From Candidatus Binatia bacterium (GTDB taxonomy: Bacteria; Desulfobacterota; Binatia; UBA12015): 64,000 nucleotides of DNA. The translations under genes were made by a program, and so were the position numbers. The stretch is taken from the NCBI GenBank assembly GCA_036563615.1, contig DATCMB010000004.1, positions 100,071 to 164,070 on the forward strand, read 5' to 3'. Positions 38,920 to 48,566 of this stretch are shown one piece after another. Within the stretch, counting starts at the first letter, position 1. Each line of letters opens with the position of its first letter. The notes beneath the pieces are model-generated. The model was not told the origin of the DNA and ran no database searches. It was given only the letters and a program-made list of their open reading frames with translations.

Positions 38920-40337
38920 CGCGCCCTGCTCCGCGGTCCGCGCGCGCCGCGGCGTGCAGCTCGGCGAACGAGTCCTCGACGCAGCGGACGACGTCGTGCA
39001 GGTCGGGCACGACGTCCCAGTCGGCGTTGAAGCCCCAGTGCAGCCGTCCGGCGTAGCTGAACAGCGCGACGCCGAGGCCGAGCCGCCCGAAGAGCGGCAC
39101 CAGCGGATAGATCTCGAGCATCCGCGAGCCCAGCAGGTAGAGCGGGATCTGCGGCCCCGGCACGTTGGTCACCACCATGTTGAAGGGCAGCCCGCGGTGC
39201 GCGAGCCGGACCGCGAGCGAGAGCAGCGTCGACGGCGTCCACTCGGTGACCGCCGCCAGCACCGCGGCGCCCATCGCCTGCTTCGAGTGCTTGAGCCGCG
39301 CGCAGGTCTCCTGCACGAGCGCGTAGCGCCGCAGCGGGTCGCCCTCGGCGATCGGCAGGTCGGCGAACCACGCCGACACCTTGTTGCCGAGCGTGCCGCG
39401 CTCGTCGCTGGTGCGCACGCTCACCGGCACCATGACGCGGAAGCGCAGGCTCGACGGGTTCACGCGCCGGCGCCCGAGGAAGCGCCGCATCGCGCCCGCC
39501 ACCGTCGCCAGGACCACGTCGTTGAGCGAGCCGCCGAGCTGGTTCTTGACCTCCTTCATCCGGTCGAGGTCGATCGTCAGCCAGTCGAAGCGCCGGTAGG
39601 GACCGATGTCCTCGTTGATCGGCGTCTCGGACGGCATCGTCATGCCGGCGAGCACGGTCTCGGCGAGCGCCCGCGCGCCCTCGCTGGCCGACCTCGCCAG
39701 GCCGAGCGGGTCGCGCACGAGCCGTCCCGCGAGCTGCAGCGGCGCGCCGAGCTTGTCGAGCAGGTCGTCGCGCCAGAGCTCGATCTTGTCCGGCACGCCG
39801 CGCGGGATGTACGCGGGCGGCTCCTCGAGCTCGCTCTCCGGCGTGATCGACAGCAGCACCTCGAGCAGGTCGACGCCCGAGACGCCGTCGATCATGCAGT
39901 GGTGGACCTTGCTGATCATCGCGAAGCGCCCACCCGCGAGCCCCTCGACGATCCACACCTCCCAGAGCGGCTTGCCGCGGTCGAGCTGCTGCGAGGCGAT
40001 GCGCGCCGAGAGCCGCTTGAGCTGCCGCTCGTCGCCGGGGCGCGGCAGGCTCGTGTGGCGGACGTGGTACGCGAGGTTGAAGCGGTCGTCGTCGACCCAC
40101 ACCGGCTGCCCGCTCAAGCGGCACGTAGGCGAGCTTCTGGCGGTAGCGCGGAATGCGGTGCAGCCGGACGTTGACGAACTCGCGGATGCGCTCGATGTCG
40201 ATGCCGCCGTCGGGCGTCGAGAGCGGGCCGGCGTCGAAGATCGCCGTCGAGCCGACGTGCATGTGGCTGCAGCCGTCCTCGTAGAGCAGGAACGACTGGT
40301 CGAGCGCGGACAGCCGCTCGTATGCGTAGCGCGCCAC
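38855..40337 (-). pseudogene. Wax ester synthase/diacylglycerol acyltransferase (WS/DGAT) interrupted by a frameshift near 40110-40113
   Basis: The N-terminal frame gives (M)ARYAYERLSALDQSFLLYEDGCSHMHVGSTAIFD...RYRQKLAYVPLE. The next frame continues GQPVWVDDDRFNLAYHVRH...HHCMIDGVSG (the HHxxxDG motif). The span is 1483 nt, which is not a multiple of 3. Confidence 0.8.
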
Positions 40338-40488
40338 AAGCACTCCTTTCGCTGCGGGCCCTGAGCGCTGCTTGGCACAGAGTCCGAGGGGAGAAAAGCG
40401 GCTCCGGACGTCCGCCGCGGGATGGAGCCGGGTGGCGGTTCGCGATAAGGAAAAGCGCCCCTAGGTCGGACGGAGGGAGGAGGCGGAC

Positions 40489-41607
40489 ATGCTTGCCATC
40501 CGGTTGCGGCAGAAGGAGAGCGTTTTCTACTTGGCGGCCTACCGGGCGTCGGACTTGCTCCGCAAAGTGCAGTTCGCCGGCAAGTCCTACGCCGACGACG
40601 TCGAACCCGACAGCGGCGCCGACGACGCGGTGCTCGAGTTCTTTCGCAAGGTGCAGTCGGGCAGCGGCTTCTTCCAGCGTCGCCCGTACGCGCGCAAGGT
40701 GCGACAGATCGTCGAATTTTATTCCGACCCGAAGGGACAGCCGCTGATCCCGGGCGCGGTGCTGCTCTACACGCCGGAGCGCCTCGCGTTCGATCCGTCG
40801 TCGGGCTCCGAGCTGATGGGCAACCTGCACGACCCGCGCGAGCCGTTCCTGATCATCGACGGCCAGCACCGCCTCGCCGGGCTCGACGTGCTCGGACGCA
40901 AGGATCCGGCGTCGCTCGAGAAGATCGACGTGCCGTGCGTGATCTTCGACAAGTCGCAGCAAGATTTCGCGGTCGAGATGTTCGTCATCATCAACTCGAC
41001 GCCGACGCGTCTCAACCGCTCGCACCTGATCGACCTCTACGAGCGCCTGCAGCGCGCAACGCCGCTCGACAAGGCGGCGGCGAAGGCGGTGCAGATGCAC
41101 TACACCGAGACCGACTCGCCGCTGCACCGCAAGGTCGACATGCTCGGCCGGCACCGGCGCACCGAGCGCTGGATTCGCCAGGCGAGCCTGTTCCGCGAGC
41201 TGCGCCGCGTCGCCGAGCGCAACCCGCGGCTGTTCGGCGAGGAGCCGAAGCCGAAGGCGCTGTACGAGGTGACGCGCGACTTCCTGCGCGCCGCGCGCCG
41301 CGTGCTCGGCGAGGCGTGGGACAACCCGCGCTACCGCATCACGACCGACGTCACCTTGATGGCGATGCTGCGCGTCCTCGGCGACTACCTGAAGAGCCCG
41401 CGCGGGCCGCGGACGTTCGAAGCTGCGGAGCGCCAGCGCGCGTTCGAGGGCCTGCTCGAGCCGTGGCGCGCGATGATCCCCGACTTCCGCGAGGAAGGCT
41501 TCTACGAGCGCTTCGCCGCGCGCGGCCAGGTCGAGCGCGTCGGCATCATCCAGCGCGCGCTCGCGAACGCGATCGGCGTCACCGCGCGTCCGCCCAAGGA
41601 CGAGTGA
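40489..41607 (+). CDS. DGQHR domain (DndB-like, ParB/Srx fold) protein
   Basis: A strong Shine-Dalgarno site GGAGGGAGGAGG precedes the start. The exact motif FLIIDGQHRLAGL lies at 40858-40872, followed by FVIINSTPTRLNRSHLIDL. Confidence 0.85.
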   Translation: MLAIRLRQKESVFYLAAYRASDLLRKVQFAGKSYADDVEPDSGADDAVLEFFRKVQSGSGFFQRRPYARKVRQIVEFYSDPKGQPLIPGAVLLYTPERLAFDPSSGSELMGNLHDPREPFLIIDGQHRLAGLDVLGRKDPASLEKIDVPCVIFDKSQQDFAVEMFVIINSTPTRLNRSHLIDLYERLQRATPLDKAAAKAVQMHYTETDSPLHRKVDMLGRHRRTERWIRQASLFRELRRVAERNPRLFGEEPKPKALYEVTRDFLRAARRVLGEAWDNPRYRITTDVTLMAMLRVLGDYLKSPRGPRTFEAAERQRAFEGLLEPWRAMIPDFREEGFYERFAARGQVERVGIIQRALANAIGVTARPPKDE

Positions 41608-41623
41608 CGGCGCAGCGCGCCGC

Positions 41624-42583
41624 CTACTGCTGCGGCGTCAAGAGCATCTGCAGCTCGGGCACGCTCAGCGTGTAGGTCTCGTTGCAGTACTCGCAGGTCG
41701 ACACCGTCGGCTCGCCGGACTCGACGAGCTCCTCGATGTCCTCGCGCGGCAGCGTCGCGAGCGCCGCGAGCAGCCGCTCGCGCGAGCAGCGGCACTTGAA
41801 GCGCGGCGTCTCGCGCGCCACCTGATCCCAGCCGAAGCCGTCGAGCAGTCGCGACGCCCAGGCGCGGCCGTCGGGATCGTCCTCGGTCATGCCGAGGTGC
41901 AGCGGCCCCGCGGCGTCGACGTTGGCGAGCAGGCGGTCGAGATCGGCCCGCGTCCCTTCCGGCATGAGCTGTACCAGGTAGCCGACGCTCGCGAGCAGGC
42001 GGCCGCCGTCGAAGGCGGTCTCGACGTTGACCAGCGCGACGATCTGCTCGCTGCGCATCAGGTACTCGGTGACCGCGGCGCCGATTCCGCCGGCCGCGTA
42101 CTGCAAGCTCGAGCGATAGGCCGCGGAGTCGCGCGTCACGCGCACGACCTCGAGCAGCCCGTCGTGGATCAGCGGACCGTCGCGCTCCTCGACGACGCCC
42201 GGGTGGGCGATCGCGGCGCGCAGGCCCTCCTCGCCTTCCCACACGTCGACGACCAGACGCCCGGCGCTGCCCGGGTTGCGCAGCAGCATCTGGAACTGCG
42301 CGTACGGATTGAGCGTCGAGCGGACGAGCAGCCCGGCCGAGATCAGCTCGCCGAGGATGCGCGTCGCGTCGCGGCTCGCGTGCAGCCGGCCCGCGATGTG
42401 CGCCGTGGTCTGCGTCGTGCGGGCGACCAGCAGACGGATCTCTCCGGCCCGCGTGAGCCCGCGCCACATGGTGTCGCGCGTGAGCGGCGGCGCGGGCTCG
42501 AGGTAGTCCGGCGGCCCGGCCAGGCGCTCCGCACGCTGACGCTTGTAGCGCTCGGTGGCGCTCTCGTTCGACTCGTCCGCCAT
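41624..42583 (-). CDS. hslO: Hsp33 redox-regulated chaperone
   Basis: The C-terminal zinc centre is FKCRCSRERL...STCEYCNETY (CxC...CxxC), and the body of the protein is Hsp33-like. Confidence 0.9.
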   Translation of the reverse strand: MADESNESATERYKRQRAERLAGPPDYLEPAPPLTRDTMWRGLTRAGEIRLLVARTTQTTAHIAGRLHASRDATRILGELISAGLLVRSTLNPYAQFQMLLRNPGSAGRLVVDVWEGEEGLRAAIAHPGVVEERDGPLIHDGLLEVVRVTRDSAAYRSSLQYAAGGIGAAVTEYLMRSEQIVALVNVETAFDGGRLLASVGYLVQLMPEGTRADLDRLLANVDAAGPLHLGMTEDDPDGRAWASRLLDGFGWDQVARETPRFKCRCSRERLLAALATLPREDIEELVESGEPTVSTCEYCNETYTLSVPELQMLLTPQQ

Positions 42584-42726
42584 ACCCGCCCACCCTACCC
42601 GTCCGGCGCGGCACGGCCAACGGCGGCGCATGGCGAACACGCGCGAGCGTGCGTCAGCTCTCCCGCTGCCTTTCGTGCAACGCTCGCGCGCTGGACAGCG
42701 TCCGCCCGCCGCCCGACAATCGACGC

Positions 42727-43584
42727 GTGCAGGCCGCGATCGTGGTGCACGGCGGCGCCGGCGTCGAGCGCCCCGACGAGGTCGAGCCGCGGCGGCGCGG
42801 GGTCGAGCGCGCCGCCGACGCAGGCTGGCAGGTTCTGGCGCGCGGCGGCTCCGCGCTCGACGCGGTGCTCGCCGCGGTGGTCGTCCTCGAGGACGATCCC
42901 TTCTTCAACGCCGGGCTCGGCTCGGTGCTGACCGCGTGCGGCGTGGTCGAGACCGACGCTTCGGTGATGTGCGGCGCCGACCTCTCCGCGGGCGCCGTGG
43001 GCGCCGTGCGCGGCGTCGCCAACCCCGTGCTGCTCGCCGACGCCGTGCGCCGCGAGGCGCGCGAGGTGCTGCTCGTCGGCGACACCGCGCTCGAGCTCGC
43101 CCGCCGGCACGGCGTGCGGCTGTGCGCGCCGGACGATCTCGTCACCGAGCCGATCCGCGAGCGCTGGCGGGCGCGTGTCGCAGCGTCCGGAGACACGGTG
43201 GGCGCCGTCGCGCGCGACGCGCGCGGCACGCTCGCCGCCGCGACGTCGACCGGCGGCCTCATGGGCAAGCGCGCCGGACGCATCGGCGACTCGGCGGTGA
43301 TCGGCGCCGGCACCTACGCGGACGATCGCCTCGGCGCTGGCTCGGCGACCGGCACCGGCGAGGCGATCATCCGCGTCGTGCTCGTGCGCCGCGCGCTCGA
43401 GCACGTGTCCCGTGGCGTCGGCGTCGACGAGGCCGCGCGTCGCGCGCTCGACGAGATGCGCGCGCGGACGGGCCACCAGGGCGGGCTGATCCTGATCGAT
43501 CCGGGCGGGCGCATCGGCGTCGCGCACACGACGCCGGCGATGCCGACGGCCGCGCGCACGGGCGACGTCGCCGCGCCGGCGTGA
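42727..43584 (+). CDS. Isoaspartyl peptidase / L-asparaginase (Ntn hydrolase)
   Basis: The sequence has AAIVVHGGAG, FFNAGLGSVL, GDTVGAVARD (nucleophile Thr), ATSTGG and GDSAVIGAGTYA. The start is GTG 42727. Confidence 0.85.
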   Translation: MQAAIVVHGGAGVERPDEVEPRRRGVERAADAGWQVLARGGSALDAVLAAVVVLEDDPFFNAGLGSVLTACGVVETDASVMCGADLSAGAVGAVRGVANPVLLADAVRREAREVLLVGDTALELARRHGVRLCAPDDLVTEPIRERWRARVAASGDTVGAVARDARGTLAAATSTGGLMGKRAGRIGDSAVIGAGTYADDRLGAGSATGTGEAIIRVVLVRRALEHVSRGVGVDEAARRALDEMRARTGHQGGLILIDPGGRIGVAHTTPAMPTAARTGDVAAPA

Positions 43585-43655
43585 CCCAGGCGAGTGACGC
43601 GACGTCGCCTGCGCGGCGACCACGCCGCACACGGCGCGAGCGCCGGTCTCGCCCC

Positions 43656-44942
43656 TCAGGCGCTCTCGAGCAACGCGACGCTCCCCTGCCCGCCGTCGGC
43701 GCAGATGCTGACCACGGCGCGCGAGCCGCGCGGCATCGCGGCGAGCTCCTTCACCGCCTGGCTCAGGATGCGCGCGCCGGTCGCGCCGAACGGGTGGCCG
43801 AGCGCGACGCTGCCGCCGTTCGGATTCATCCGCTCGACCGGGAACGGGCCAAAATTGTGCTCGACGCCCGCCTTGGTGCGCACGTAGTCGCGGTCGGCGA
43901 GCGCCTTCAGGTGGCAAGCGACCTGCGCCGAGAACGCCTCGTGGATCTCCCACAGCGCGACGTCGCCGAACGTGAGCCCGTTGCGCGCGAGGAGGCGCGG
44001 GATCGCGGCCACCGGAGCCATCAGCAAGCCTTCCGTCCGCAGGTCGATCGCCTGCACCTGCCAGTCGACGAGACGCGCGCGCGGCAGCTCGCCCGGCAGG
44101 CGCGAGAGCCCCTCGTCCGTCGCGACCCAGATCGCGGCCGCGCCGTCGGTGAGCGGCGAGCTGTTGCCCGCGGTGATCGTGCCCTGCCCGCTCGTCCGAT
44201 CGAAGGCCGGCGGCAGCTTGGCGAGCTTCTCGAGCGAGGTGTCGGCGCGCGGGAAGCCGTCGCGATGCACGCCGTCGAGCTCGATCACGAGGTCGTCGAA
44301 GAAGCCGCGCTCCCAGCCCGCGACGGCGCGCCGGTGGCTCTCGAGCGCGAGCTCGTCCTGCTCGCGACGGCCGATGCGCCACTGCTTCGCCATGTCCTCG
44401 CAGTGCTCGCCCATGCTCTTGCCGGTCGTGCGGTTCTTGATCGCGGGCACGTAGAGGCGGATGTCGCCGGGGCGGATCTCGCTGACCACGGCGATGCGCT
44501 CGCGCAGGTCGCGCGCCTGCACGAGGCGACGCAGCCAGTCGGACAGCTCCTGCCCCAGTCCGACTTGCACGCGGCTCAGGCTGTCGGCGCCGCCCACGAG
44601 TGCGAGCTGCAGATCGTTGCCCAGCATCGAGGCCGCCTGCAGCACGCCGACCATGCTCGTGCTGCACTGCAGGCTCGTCGTGAACGTCGGCACGTGCGGG
44701 TCGAGACCGGCCTCGAGCCACACCTCGCGCGCCAGATTGTTGTAGGCGAGGTTCAGCACCACCGCGCCCCACACGCCGAGGTCGATGCCGCCCTTGGTCG
44801 CGCGCTCGGCCATCGCGCGCGCGACCGGAACCGACAGCGCGAGCACGTCGCGGCCCGCGAACGGGCCGTCCACACGGACGAACGGCGTGCGAACGCCCGC
44901 CACCAGCCACACCGGTTCGCGTCTCACCTGCTGACCGTCCAT
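43656..44942 (-). CDS. Acetyl-CoA C-acyltransferase (thiolase), FadI-like
   Basis: The sequence has LQCSTSM (active-site Cys), NSSPLTDGAAA, WEIHEAFSAQV, NPNGGSVALGHPFGATG and ICADGGQG. Confidence 0.9.
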   Translation of the reverse strand: MDGQQVRREPVWLVAGVRTPFVRVDGPFAGRDVLALSVPVARAMAERATKGGIDLGVWGAVVLNLAYNNLAREVWLEAGLDPHVPTFTTSLQCSTSMVGVLQAASMLGNDLQLALVGGADSLSRVQVGLGQELSDWLRRLVQARDLRERIAVVSEIRPGDIRLYVPAIKNRTTGKSMGEHCEDMAKQWRIGRREQDELALESHRRAVAGWERGFFDDLVIELDGVHRDGFPRADTSLEKLAKLPPAFDRTSGQGTITAGNSSPLTDGAAAIWVATDEGLSRLPGELPRARLVDWQVQAIDLRTEGLLMAPVAAIPRLLARNGLTFGDVALWEIHEAFSAQVACHLKALADRDYVRTKAGVEHNFGPFPVERMNPNGGSVALGHPFGATGARILSQAVKELAAMPRGSRAVVSICADGGQGSVALLESA

Positions 44943-45247
44943 CGCTCGCATCCGCGGCGCCGCGCGAGGCGCCGCGACGCACGACGCGATCGGCGGACGT
45001 TCCGTGCGCTCATGCTCCCGCACGCCAAACGCTCAAGCAACGCTCCGACGGGAGCTGCATCAGCGTACCGCGCGTGGCAGGCTCGACGCGTCCCCGGCAG
45101 CGTCGGCGGCTGGAGGGAAGCCGGCGCAGGAGGTCGCGATGCTCGTTCACCCGAAGCCGCATCCCGCGCGCGCAGCCGTTGCCGGTCTCGCGTCAAGCAT
45201 ACCCAGCATGATCCGCGCCCCGCGCGCGACGTCCGGCGAGGCCTGAC

Positions 45248-46675
45248 GTGGAGGCGCGCGAGTACGACGTCGTGGTGCTCGGCGCCGGGCCGACCGGCGA
45301 GAACGTCGCCGGCCGCGTCCGTGGGCACGGGCTGTCGGCGGCGATCGTCGAGTCCGAGCTGGTCGGCGGCGAGTGCTCGTACTGGGCGTGCATGCCGAGC
45401 AAGGCGCTGCTGCGCCCGATCCACGCGCTCGAGCACGCGCGCGCCGTCGCGGGTGCGCGCGAGGCCGCAACCGGCGCGCTCGACGTGGCGGCCGTCCTCG
45501 CGCGGCGCGACGACTTCGCCGCAGAGTGGGACGACGCGGGACAGGTTCGGTGGCTGGTCGACACCGGCATCGACCTGGTGCGCGGACGCGGGCGCCTCGC
45601 GGGCGAACGCCGCGTCGTCGTCGAGCACGCGGACGGAGGCCGCACCGAGCTGCGGGCGCGTCACGCCGTCGCGATCTGCACGGGCAGCCGCGCCGCCATC
45701 CCCGACGTCCCGGGCCTCGCCGAGGCGAAGCCGTGGACGAGCCGCGAGGCGACGAGCGCCCGCTCCGCGCCCGCGCGGCTCGCGATCCTCGGCGGCGGCG
45801 TCGTGGCGTGCGAGATGGCGGTCGTGTGGCGGGCGCTCGGCGCGCGCGAGGTGACGATCCTGCAACGCGCGGAGCGCCTCGTCCCGGGCTTCGAGCGCTT
45901 CGCGAGCGAGATCCTGCGCGCGGCACTCGAAGCGCGCGGCGTGCGCGTGCGCACCAAGACGAGCGCGACCGCGGTCGAGCGGCGCGGCGACGCATTCCGA
46001 CTCGTGCTGCCCGACGGCGATGCCGTCGAGTGCGACCAGATCCTGGTCGCGGCCGGACGCGCGCCGCGCACCGACGACATCGGGCTCGAGACCGTCGGCC
46101 TCGAGCCCGGGAGCTGGCTCGACGTCGACGACAGCCTGCGCGTGCGCGGCATCGCCGGCGGCTGGCTCTACGCCGCGGGCGACGTCAATCACCGCGCGCT
46201 GCTGACGCACATGGGCAAGTACCAGGCGCGGGTGTGCGGCGACGCGATCCACGCGCGCGTGCGCGATCCGGGCGCCGACGGTGGCGCCTGGTCGCAGCTC
46301 GCCGCGACCGCCGACGTCCTCGCCACGCCACAGGTGGTGTTCACCGAGCCCGAGCTCGCGTCGGTCGGTCTCACCGAAGCGCAGGCGCGCGAGCGCGGCT
46401 TCGACGTGCGGGTCGCCGACTACGACATCGGCCACGTCGCGGGCGCGTCGCTCTATGCCGACGGCTACGCCGGGCGGGCGCGCGTCGTCGTCGACCAGAG
46501 CAGACGGGTGCTCGTCGGCGCGACGCTGGTCGGACCGGCGGTCGGCGAGCTGCTGCACGCCGCGACCGTCGCGATCGCGGGCGAGGTGCCGCTCGAGCGA
46601 CTCCGCCACGCGGTGCCGTCCTATCCGACGGTCAGCGAGATCTGGCTGCGCCTGCTCGAGGAGCTCGGGCTCTAG
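45248..46675 (+). CDS. Class I pyridine nucleotide-disulfide oxidoreductase
   Basis: The sequence has YDVVVLGAGPTGE, GGECSYWACMPSK (redox CxxxxC), LAILGGGVVACE and a dimerisation domain with YPTVSE. Confidence 0.85.
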   Translation: MEAREYDVVVLGAGPTGENVAGRVRGHGLSAAIVESELVGGECSYWACMPSKALLRPIHALEHARAVAGAREAATGALDVAAVLARRDDFAAEWDDAGQVRWLVDTGIDLVRGRGRLAGERRVVVEHADGGRTELRARHAVAICTGSRAAIPDVPGLAEAKPWTSREATSARSAPARLAILGGGVVACEMAVVWRALGAREVTILQRAERLVPGFERFASEILRAALEARGVRVRTKTSATAVERRGDAFRLVLPDGDAVECDQILVAAGRAPRTDDIGLETVGLEPGSWLDVDDSLRVRGIAGGWLYAAGDVNHRALLTHMGKYQARVCGDAIHARVRDPGADGGAWSQLAATADVLATPQVVFTEPELASVGLTEAQARERGFDVRVADYDIGHVAGASLYADGYAGRARVVVDQSRRVLVGATLVGPAVGELLHAATVAIAGEVPLERLRHAVPSYPTVSEIWLRLLEELGL

Positions 46676-46691
46676 CGCCGAGCGGTGCGCG

Positions 46692-46922
46692 CTACTTCTG
46701 CTGCTCGTCGAGCGCCGCGAGACGCGCCCGCGCCTCGGCGGCTTCCTTCGAGTCCGGGTAGCGCTCGAGGATCTCGGCGTAGAGCTTGCGCGCGTGCGGC
46801 AGGTTGCGCTGCACCTCCTCGAGACGCGCCGTCTCGAGGAGCTCGCTGGCGCCGTTGCGCGCGCAACCCGCGAGCGGGGCTGCGAGCGCGAGCAGGACGA
46901 CGAGGAGACGAAGCCCGCTCAG
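46692..46922 (-). CDS. Small TPR-like lipoprotein with an apparent CTG start
   Basis: The ORF fills the gap between 46675 and 46919 exactly. Third-position GC is about 91% in this frame. It encodes (M)SGLRLLVVLLALAAPLAGC (a lipobox) and then ...LEEVQRNLPHARKLYAEILERYPDSKEAAEARARLAAL. There is no ATG, GTG or TTG before the signal peptide. The CTG overlaps the upstream TGA. Confidence 0.5.
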   Translation of the reverse strand: MSGLRLLVVLLALAAPLAGCARNGASELLETARLEEVQRNLPHARKLYAEILERYPDSKEAAEARARLAALDEQQK

Positions 46923-47524
46923 CGGATCACCTGCTTGGTCGCGCCGCCGTGCGCCTGCTCGATCTCGCGGGCGATGCGATCGAGCAGCTCGCGCTCCTCG
47001 CGCGACACCTTGCTGCCGATGCCGAGGATCCCGCCCGAGGCGCGCGCGATCGCCGCGCTGTACTCGACCAGATCCTGGCGGCTGCGCTCACGCTCCTCGT
47101 CGGGCAGCGCCTGCAGCAGGTCGCCGATCAGCCGCAGCGTGTCCTCGAAGAAGCCCTCCGCGGGACGGCGCTCGAGCCAGCCCTCGAGCTGGCGGTACGC
47201 CTCGCTCCCCGGCTCGACGCCGCGGATGCGCGCCACCTCGAGGATGCGCTCGCGCTCCGCGTCGCTGACGCGGCCGTCGATCCAGGCGACGTGCAGCAGC
47301 GGCACGAGGTGCACCAGCGTGACGGTGTCGCGCGTGTAGCCCAGCTCCTCGAGCTGCCGCAGGATCTCCTCGTCGGCGACGCCGGCGCGCTCGGCGAGCT
47401 CTTGACGCTCCTTCTCGCGGCGCGCGCGCTCGCGCATCTTCTCGATCAGCTCGCGCTCGCGGCGCTGGAAGTACTCCGCCTCGTAGGACCGCCGCCGGTC
47501 CTCCCAGATGTCTCGCTCGGCCAT
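46919..47524 (-). CDS. TerB-like (tellurite-resistance TerB family) protein
   Basis: The sequence has LVPLLHVAWIDGRVSDAERERILEVA and AAIARASGGILGIGSKVSREERELLDRI. The gene starts 10 nt after the cox subunit IV stop. Confidence 0.65.
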   Translation of the reverse strand: MAERDIWEDRRRSYEAEYFQRRERELIEKMRERARREKERQELAERAGVADEEILRQLEELGYTRDTVTLVHLVPLLHVAWIDGRVSDAERERILEVARIRGVEPGSEAYRQLEGWLERRPAEGFFEDTLRLIGDLLQALPDEERERSRQDLVEYSAAIARASGGILGIGSKVSREERELLDRIAREIEQAHGGATKQVIR

Positions 47525-47533
47525 TCCGCTGGT

Positions 47534-47899
47534 TTACTCCATCGGCGGCGGCGGGGGAACCGGAGCGCCGGGGGGCCGCCGGCCGTCGAGGGCGCCGTAG
47601 AACGGCTGGAAGGTCTTGGTCGTGCGCGTCATGACGTCGTCGAGCGAGATCGCGATCAAGATGAAGACCGCGACGATTCCCGCGAAGAGCGCGGCGCGCG
47701 ACATGTTCTGGCCGTAGCGCAAGTGCATGAAGTACGCGACGACCAGCGCTGCCTTGGTGATCGCGACCGCGAGCGCCACGACGATGTTGCCGTCGCCCAG
47801 GTCGACGTGCGCGACCAGCACCGTGACGACGGTCAACCCCATCAGGGCGAGGAAGACCATCACGTAGGTGCGAACCGAAACCTCGGCTTCGTGCGACAT
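47534..47899 (-). CDS. ctaF: Cytochrome c oxidase subunit IV (small caa3-type subunit)
   Basis: It has three TM helices and the motifs TYVMVFLALMGLTVVTV and KAALVVAYFMHLRY. Confidence 0.85.
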   Translation of the reverse strand: MSHEAEVSVRTYVMVFLALMGLTVVTVLVAHVDLGDGNIVVALAVAITKAALVVAYFMHLRYGQNMSRAALFAGIVAVFILIAISLDDVMTRTTKTFQPFYGALDGRRPPGAPVPPPPPME

Positions 47900-47906
47900 G
47901 CGACCC

Positions 47907-48558
<652 letters not shown>

Positions 48559-48566
<8 letters not shown>

